Positions 56,992-64,000 of a stretch of 64,000 nt of DNA are shown one piece after another. The stretch lies in IMG/VR virus record IMGVR_UViG_3300046683_000929, positions 34,181-98,180 of that record. The stretch is one strand, 5' to 3'. The stretch's first letter is position 1. Every line of letters begins with the position of its first letter. The translations under genes were made by a program, and so were the position numbers. The notes below the pieces were generated by a model. The model was given only the letters and a program-made list of their open reading frames with translations, searched no databases and was not told where the DNA came from. This DNA comes from a virus.

Positions 56992-58723
56992 TTTAATTTA
57001 ATCAAAGGATACATAAACTTGGTAAGTTCAGCCGGGCCACCTGCCATTTCCTCTTTTAGCATCTGGGTTAATTGATCCCAGTGCTTAACCAAGTTATCCC
57101 AGATTTCTGACTTACCCACCATCAAAGATAATTTATCACGCAGTTCAGGCACCATCTCAAGCAGACCGTGACAGCGTTTAAAGTCGCCGGAATCATAGGG
57201 ATGGGCATAACTAAAATTAATAAGTGGATCACATAAAACATGATACATAAATTCTGACGATGACCCTCGTTCGCCATGGTTTAGCCAAAACAACTCTCGG
57301 TCTGTTTGGGACCTATATAATGGAATAGTAGGTTGCTCCCAAGTTTTAGGGCATGACTTATGAATTTTATTAAAGGCAGTGATCATTGCAGTCATAATAC
57401 TAATTTCTATTGGCAGAGCTATCGCTTGCTCTCCGCCACAATGGGTACAAAACAGTTTTTGGTTACGGAAGATGGTATGTTCAGTTTTCTTTGCCATGGT
57501 GATTATATAAAATTATATCGTATTAAGCGTTCTCTTTTTTCTTGCCTTACGGCAGCACGGTAATCGTCAATACCTAAGCCCATAAATCTAAACCCCATTT
57601 CTGAAAACTTCTTAAAAGCACCCATTATACTATAGGGGTACTCAATTCCATTAATGAGTGGATGAGCCATGTCTGGATCATATGCCGGCAGTAGCAGAGT
57701 TTGCTTTTCCATCTTCAATTGGTTTTAAAAGTTCAACTTTAAGATCAGCATGTAGCTTAGTTAGCCATACATTGGCTGGGTGAGGATCAAGTACTATAAA
57801 AGACCACGGTTCAGTACAAAGGCCTTCAATTGCACCTTCTACCCTTCGGAGATCCAATCCTTTATCTACTTCATAAAATGGCAATGTTTCCTTTAGGGTG
57901 CCCATTTGGGCAACAAAGCTTTCCTGGGAATAACTATTATGCTGCACCAGGTTTAATTCATTGCGAAATACCTTTTGAAATGGCAGAAACTCGTGCCACT
58001 TTATATCACTATCCTCTTTCCACCATCGCCTAACGGCCTTCATAGTTTTCTTGATGTTGATATCCCCATTTCTATACGGCGACATATTTTTCATGAAGTA
58101 GTCGGCGCTGATGCTACATAAAAAACTATCCAGCGGTTGCCCCATTGCTCCCCAGTAATAAGCAAAATGATATTTAAGAACATAATTATCTACCAGTACT
58201 TTTCCTTTATTAACTCCCATATCCATAAGAATAACTCTGGTATCTCCTATACGGATTAACTCGGTTGTTTTATCTATCCTGGTTCTCATGGCTGCTTAAG
58301 GGTTAACCTATCTAAAGTAAGTGCCAAGTATAATTGCTGAAGCTGATGAATAAAATATATATCAATTCCTACCATATAAAGATAAAATTCTACATGTCCA
58401 TCATTGAAAACCTCAAACCTCCCATCGAAAGCTTTATGTTCACATTCATACTCAATTATCCCTCTTTCACTATTCACATTACTGACTTTAAAACCCAATA
58501 GGGGCAGGTTTAATATAGTGATAGGAACTGGCCTAGTATTGGCCCACCTGACTTTAAATTTAGCCCCGTAGGTAACATTCCGCTGATTAAAAGTAATAAC
58601 TTCAAAAGCGCAGCCAGGACTTGCCCATTCATCTGTTATATAATTACCTACCATGATCTCATCCTGGCGTAGGCAACGTAAGTCTTTATTTGCCATTGTG
58701 TGGAGACTGGTAAATGTTACCAA
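56988..58723 (-). CDS. Four hypothetical genes (56988-57497, 57503-57718, 57678-58289, 58286-58723)
   Basis: Overlapping or coupled co-oriented ORFs. Confidence 0.55.
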
Positions 58724-59123
58724 CTATAGTGCACTCATCAAAATTAGGAATCCACCGAAACTTATCTCCTTTAGAAAGGCGTTTCAATATAAATCCTTGA
58801 CTATCAAAAATGACTTGACATTTTTTTATAGATACTTTGCCTCCACTCATTTTTTCATAGTGAGGAGCATCAACTATAAAATTCTCATATATCTCAACAC
58901 CGGCAGTATCTATCTCACCGATATATTGAATTTTATCAAACATTTGAATATCCAAAACCCTGGGATTAAATGGATCAAGACTATAGGCATCGGCGATTAG
59001 CTCCACAAAGCTCTTGTCAATAATATCCTCTAACGTATAAGCTGGGCCGATTGTAAATTCTTTGGATTTTTTGTCTGTAAATACAAACTTAAATTTTACT
59101 TCTCTTTTGGTAATTTGTTCCAT
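58686..59123 (-). CDS. YopX family protein
   Basis: REVKFKF, QYIGEIDTAGVEIYE, IVGNIYQ. Confidence 0.75.
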   Translation of the reverse strand: MEQITKREVKFKFVFTDKKSKEFTIGPAYTLEDIIDKSFVELIADAYSLDPFNPRVLDIQMFDKIQYIGEIDTAGVEIYENFIVDAPHYEKMSGGKVSIKKCQVIFDSQGFILKRLSKGDKFRWIPNFDECTIVGNIYQSPHNGK

Positions 59124-59125
59124 GG

Positions 59126-60513
59126 TTATCTGGGTTTAATTATCAGCTTACATTCTTTGCCACATTCAGACTCAATTTTTGGAGTTGAATCGGTATGCTC
59201 ACCAACTATTTTATCTTTGGCAAGATGCTTAGCCGCATCTCTGTCTTCAGCCTCTATCATAATAAATCCAAAATAATGCTTGCAGCTATAATCGCATGTG
59301 TATTGTTTCATGATCAGCCGGCTATGAGTTCAATGTCAGTTAAATCATAATACTTTTTTACAGCCATCCTTTCATTGATATCATTCGCCAATGTCAGAAA
59401 ATCGGCCCCCTCCGCAAGGTCGGCAAGTTCACCGTCTTCATCCGCCACGTCCTCTTGTTCAGCAATCATCTCAACGATCATTTCCTTGATTTTTTCTGCG
59501 GATACAGTAAATGGATAACTCTCAAGGGTGAATAGGACAAGCGGCCCAGTAACTTGGTCTACTGCCTCAAAATGGTCTGTGGTTAATTTAGTAAGCTTAA
59601 TCATTTTCTGCTCATCAAGCTTACGGTAACCGGCGTATTTATAGCCCTGCTCAATGGCTTGATCTTTGGTAATTTGTTGCATGGTGTATTTATTATATTA
59701 ATTAATAATCATCGTCATTAAAATCGCTATATATTGGGAATCTGGCTTTAGCTTTGACAGTAGGTTCTGGTTTTTTATATGTAACTACTATCAAAAACAT
59801 TATTACTATAGTGACGAAACCCAACACAACCCGCCAAGTATTAGCCCAGTTATTGCGATCTATTTTCTTAAAAGTGATTGACCTACCAACTTCAAAATTG
59901 TAGTAGGTATTTTCATCAACAATTTCCCGAACAACTCCAGATGGATAACGAACTATAAGAATGAACTGCTCAGTAAAGTCCGTATATGATTTAGATTGTT
60001 GACCCTGTATGCTTTTATATTTGTCAATAATAGTACCGGTCCATTTTTTATAAAAATTAGCCGGCATATCCCAGCTTGAGTAAACACAGTAGGTCAAAAG
60101 GCAAATAAAGATGGTAAAGAATAGTTTTCGCATGGTTATATAGTTTTTTATTCGTAAAATTTATCAATATCTCTGCCCAACTCGGACATGTTTATTTGAA
60201 ATATAATTGGGTCTGCGATTAGACCATTGACATCAAGAATCATATCAAGCCCCAAGTCAACAAAGCTTTCAAAATCCTTACCGGCCATAAACCATTTTAT
60301 CAAATCACAACAGAATATTTGAAAATCGCACATAATTGTTACTTGATTAGATACAATACCAATGATATAATCTGACTTCTTATAATCAATTAAAACCTCT
60401 TGGTTTGACATGTTAAAAAAAGTCCCCTCTGAAGATTTTTTCCTTAAAATATCAAGAATGGTATAGATATCTTTTTTGTTTTTTTCAGTCATATCAGAAA
60501 GGTGGATCATCAT
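59126..60513 (-). CDS. Four hypothetical genes (59126-59311, 59314-59682, 59702-60133 two-helix membrane protein, 60148-60513)
   Basis: Packed ORFs; 59702-60133 has N- and C-terminal hydrophobic helices. Confidence 0.55.
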
Positions 60514-62023
60514 CGTTACCGTCTCTTAAATGAGATGGGCGAATAATAAAATTTGAATTTGGATTAGGCGTGAAACTGACTGGTTGATTAAATGTTTCAG
60601 CATCAAAATTTGTTTCCAAATCATAAAATTTCATTATAGATAAATTAGCCCTGAGCTTAACAGTATCGCATATACCGCTTCTATGTTTAGCAGTGATTAT
60701 TTCAACCATCCCTTGTGTAGGCATACCATCCTCATCTTCGGTTAAGCCATAGTATTCCGGCCTGTAAAGGAACATGACAACATCTGCATCTTGTTCTATC
60801 GCGCCAGACTCACGCAGGTCAGAAAGCATTGGGCGCTTAGACCCACCTGGACGACTCTCAACAGCCCGGCTAAGTTGAGACAGTGCTATTACTGGAATAT
60901 CAAGAGTTTTGGCCAGTGATTTAAGACCAGCAGATATGGATGCAATTTCCTGCTCGCGCATTCCTTGCTTATTACTTACACCTTTCATTAATTGTAGGTA
61001 ATCTACAATGATCATATCCAACCCAAATTGTAACTTATGCCTCTTCGCCTTTGCACTCAATTCAAGTATTGATATAGCCGGTGTATCATCAATAAATAAC
61101 CGACCAGTAATTCCAAGATTAGCACCTTTTCGATCTAAAATTTCTATTTCGGTATCATCCAAATTGCCTTTTCTAATTTTTTCCAGAGGAATTTCTGTAT
61201 CAGCAGATATTAATCGTTGCGTTATTTGAACGGTTGACATTTCTAAGCTAAACACGAGGACTTTTTTATCAAAATCGATAGCAGCATTTCTACCGCAACA
61301 TAATGCAAATGCACTTTTACCCATCGATGGACGTGCCGCAACTATCACTAAATCAGGACTTTGAAACCCATTTGTCAATGCATCCAAGGCAATGTATCCA
61401 GATGCTACACCAAGTAATCCTTCTGGAGCCGGCAAGTATAATTTTTGTATTATTTCGGTAGTAACATCTCCAACATCCTTAATTGCTGCACCATGTATTC
61501 CTGACATTAAGGTTGCGAATTCAGAGCTATTTTTATCTACCGTTTGGAATACGTCTGACGTATCTTCATATGCCGCGTTAATTGTTTCCGTAGATATTCT
61601 AATTGCTTCCCGCTGAATATATTTTTCATAAACAATATGAACATGTTCAACAATGTTAGCTGCATTAGAAACTCTACTCGTTAGTTCTGTGATATAGTAA
61701 GCTCCACCGATCATCTCCAACTCTCCAGATTTTCTTAACTCAGCTGTTACCGTTAAAATATCAACCGGTTTGTTTTTTTCAAAAAGATGAACTATAGCCC
61801 GGCAAATCTTCTGATTATTATCGCGGTAAAATATGTCTGGATTTAATTTCTCCATAACAAAAAGTATAGCATCTTTTTGTAGCATTAAAGCGCCTAAGAT
61901 AGCCTCTTCAATATCAGTTGCCTGTGGTGGAAGCTTTCCAAGTCCTGAATACGTAGGGATTGCTGAAACCCTACCTCTCCGCTCTGATGGCTTATAGTTT
62001 TTATTTTCGTTTTCGAAACTCAT
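60494..62023 (-). CDS. dnaB: Replicative DNA helicase
   Basis: GKLPPQA, AARPSMGKS, FSLEMS, IVDYLQLM, LSQLSR, DLRESGAIEQDAD. Confidence 0.97.
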   Translation of the reverse strand: MSFENENKNYKPSERRGRVSAIPTYSGLGKLPPQATDIEEAILGALMLQKDAILFVMEKLNPDIFYRDNNQKICRAIVHLFEKNKPVDILTVTAELRKSGELEMIGGAYYITELTSRVSNAANIVEHVHIVYEKYIQREAIRISTETINAAYEDTSDVFQTVDKNSSEFATLMSGIHGAAIKDVGDVTTEIIQKLYLPAPEGLLGVASGYIALDALTNGFQSPDLVIVAARPSMGKSAFALCCGRNAAIDFDKKVLVFSLEMSTVQITQRLISADTEIPLEKIRKGNLDDTEIEILDRKGANLGITGRLFIDDTPAISILELSAKAKRHKLQFGLDMIIVDYLQLMKGVSNKQGMREQEIASISAGLKSLAKTLDIPVIALSQLSRAVESRPGGSKRPMLSDLRESGAIEQDADVVMFLYRPEYYGLTEDEDGMPTQGMVEIITAKHRSGICDTVKLRANLSIMKFYDLETNFDAETFNQPVSFTPNPNSNFIIRPSHLRDGNDDDPPF

Positions 62024-62031
62024 AAAATATT

Positions 62032-63087
62032 TTACTTAGGAAGATTTGAGTGATCTATTTTAAATCCTGTTCGGGTTTGGGGAACTGAAGAACCATTCCC
62101 ATTTCTATATCCAGAGGTAAGTTTGTCTGACCTAACTATTTTTATATAAGCTTTAAGCTTAATAAATATCCTAAAATCCAGCTTAACTCCATTGCCAGAA
62201 AGTTTTTCCAGAGCTTCTAAGACTTCCGGTTTCTTAGGTATAATACTATCAATCGGTTCAGAAAATAATTTACAGAACTGCTCGTAGTTAATTTGATAGC
62301 TAGAGTTTCTTAGATTAACAAAATCATTATCGATTTCCTCATTGAATACTCTAAAAGATTCAAACCACTTTTTGGATACATTGTCTTTGAAGGTGTCATT
62401 TTGAGTATCATAATTTAACTTGCAAAAATCACGAACTTCTGCCGTAGATACCATTCCGTATTTTGGTGAATCAACCTCAACGACTGATATCTCTGGTGGT
62501 TCATTGACAAATACCTGGGGGATTGGCGTAGGTTTTTTTGACTCTATAACAGCAGGTTCCTGTTTTTTTTCTGTCGGCTGCACCAACTGCTTTTCTGATA
62601 AGGAAGTTTTTTTGGCAGATCCAGGCACATCTACAGGATGGATTTCTTTTATAAGATTTCCTGTTTTATTATAAACAAAAAGATGATAGGAGCTAATATC
62701 AACACTTTTGATCATATATTCCTCAACTATTGTTACTCGTTTCCATCGGCTTGTAATCTGTAAATATCGCCGCTGTATTCCCTTAGAGGTAATAATATTG
62801 TGCGTTTCAAACATTTTCTTGTCGAATATTTTATAGTCGATACAAACTTTTAGCATCTCATAAAATTTCTCAACTGAAATAAAAGCTCTTTTTTTACAGT
62901 ATAGCGCTACCTCATCATCTTCTAGTTCCCAAAAAAGACTATTTGAATATATCTTACCCCAAAGCTTATAAACGAAAATTAAGCCAGAGTCCCCATACTT
63001 GCTTTCAAGTTTATCAAACTTGGGGGTATCGTATATATCAGTGTCCAACTGCATATACTTTAGTCCTTGATTAAACGGCCTTGCCAT
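62032..63087 (-). CDS. Replication initiator, DUF4373/Lin1244-like N-terminus
   Basis: MARPFNQGLKYMQLDTD...KYGDSG...ITSKGIQRRY; directly upstream of dnaB. Confidence 0.75.
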   Translation of the reverse strand: MARPFNQGLKYMQLDTDIYDTPKFDKLESKYGDSGLIFVYKLWGKIYSNSLFWELEDDEVALYCKKRAFISVEKFYEMLKVCIDYKIFDKKMFETHNIITSKGIQRRYLQITSRWKRVTIVEEYMIKSVDISSYHLFVYNKTGNLIKEIHPVDVPGSAKKTSLSEKQLVQPTEKKQEPAVIESKKPTPIPQVFVNEPPEISVVEVDSPKYGMVSTAEVRDFCKLNYDTQNDTFKDNVSKKWFESFRVFNEEIDNDFVNLRNSSYQINYEQFCKLFSEPIDSIIPKKPEVLEALEKLSGNGVKLDFRIFIKLKAYIKIVRSDKLTSGYRNGNGSSVPQTRTGFKIDHSNLPK

Positions 63088-63466
63088 TGATACTACATTC
63101 TATAATGAACAACATTAAATTTGCAGCAAACTCTTTAACTGTTTCTAAATCCAAGTCATTGATAAAATCAGGATCCAGTCCATTGCTCGTTATTACACGA
63201 AGCGTTTCGGCATATCCAGGTTCTTGACAGAGGTTTTTAAATTCTATACTTGATTGTTGCCTAACAATATCAAAATGTAAATATCTATTATCCAGGATCA
63301 TTTTTCGTATGGGCACATACTCAGTTAACAGTATACTAATTGTTTGGCTCATGCTTCGCCTTTCTTTTTTACAGAAACCCAATAAATCTTCCTCGATATT
63401 TAAGGGCACGCGGGTCCCTAATTGCCCGGAATTTTTTTTTTCAACAGATGATTCGATGTCACTCAT
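63071..63466 (-). CDS. Ribbon-helix-helix DNA-binding protein
   Basis: LGTRVPLNIEEDLLGFCKKERRSMSQTISILL. Confidence 0.55.
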   Translation of the reverse strand: MSDIESSVEKKNSGQLGTRVPLNIEEDLLGFCKKERRSMSQTISILLTEYVPIRKMILDNRYLHFDIVRQQSSIEFKNLCQEPGYAETLRVITSNGLDPDFINDLDLETVKEFAANLMLFIIECSINGKAV

Positions 63467-63502
63467 AAAAATTTAAAAAATTGGTACTTTAACTACAGAG
63501 AA

Positions 63503-63532
63503 CAAACATAACAAAGATTTTCAACAAACAAA
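63503..63532 (-). promoter_or_regulatory. Bacteroidota-type promoter for the replication operon
   Basis: TTTG-N18-TATGTTTG. Confidence 0.6.
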
Positions 63533-63551
63533 ATAAATTATTGAAAAATAA

Positions 63552-63873
63552 TTAATGTAACATTAACTGCCATTAATGTTACATTAATTTTAATGCAGCA
63601 TTAACCACTATTAATGTAACATTAAATATAATTAATGTAACATTAACTACCATTAATGTAACATTAACCACTTTTTATGGGTTAATGTTACATTAACTAC
63701 CATTAATGTAACATTAATTATACCCACAAAAAAACTAAAATCAGTAAAAATCAAAATGTAACATTAACTGCCATTAATGTTACATTAACCATGGTTAATG
63801 CAGACATTAACTACCATTAATGTAACATTAACCACTTTTTAGGAGTTAATGTTACATTAACTACCATTAATGT
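63552..63873. repeat. Iteron array, putative replication origin
   Basis: About 13-14 copies (some variant or partial) of palindromic TTAATGTWACATTAA, often at 21-bp period, beside the initiator and dnaB genes. Confidence 0.8.
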
Positions 63874-64000
63874 GCGCAGTAGGATAGGATATGATAGGAT
63901 AGTTATTCTCTATATAGATTATTTTAATAAGTATTTAGGGAGAGAGAATTTTTAAAAGAAAAAAGTTTGAAAAAAAAATTGCAAAATTGCTTGATTGGAT

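Larger units (their letters stand above)
1505..62034. repeat. Dispersed 12-bp palindrome TAAAATATTTTA, at least 13 copies, mostly at gene junctions
   Basis: Copies start at 1505, 1853, 3881, 16839, 26309, 28944, 34358, 38423, 41632, 45014, 49234, 56623, 62023. Confidence 0.8.
1..64000 (-). mobile_element. Bacteriophage genome segment with crAss-like/podovirus structural module; probable Bacteroidota host
   Basis: Terminase, portal, capsid, tail/ejection, endolysin, replication and tRNA genes, nearly all co-oriented; no host housekeeping operons; TAnnTTTG promoter motifs. Confidence 0.93.

Noticed and set aside
63552-63873. CRISPR array
   Set aside because: Repeats are 15 bp with mostly 6-nt recurring linkers rather than unique 30-40 nt spacers; no cas genes; context fits iterons
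1-64000. Stop-codon reassignment as in some crAss-like phages
   Set aside because: Genes are full length in the standard code, TAG and TGA end real genes, and there is no suppressor tRNA (TAA, TAG and TGA here are anticodons for Leu, Leu and Ser)

Overview
The whole window reads as a tailed (podovirus-like) phage genome segment. Host-like TAnnTTTG promoters and a Bacteroidota-type DnaB point to a Bacteroidota host. Almost all genes are on the minus strand, in the standard genetic code. From right to left: an iteron array next to an RHH gene, a DUF4373-like initiator and DnaB; small early genes including a DNA methyltransferase, AAA and SMC-like ATPases, a DHH phosphoesterase, a GIY-YIG nuclease and a Tad2-like protein; GroEL plus two GroES-like genes; terminase, portal, endolysin, scaffold and capsid; ring, muzzle and appendage genes in a crAss-like order; three ejection proteins, one of 3029 aa; and a five-tRNA array (Leu, Leu, Ser, Ser, Tyr) followed by tRNA-like structured RNA. 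The main finding is upstream of the tRNAs. A 24-aa leader ORF not in the ORF track has 11 consecutive Leu/Ser/Tyr codons and sits in a complete trp-style 1:2/2:3/3:4 attenuator whose terminator ends 2 nt before the first tRNA. This looks like a ribosome-stalling sensor that switches on phage tRNAs when those same tRNAs become limiting. A 12-bp palindrome, TAAAATATTTTA, also recurs at many gene junctions. All protein calls come from motif recognition and gene order; no database searches were run.
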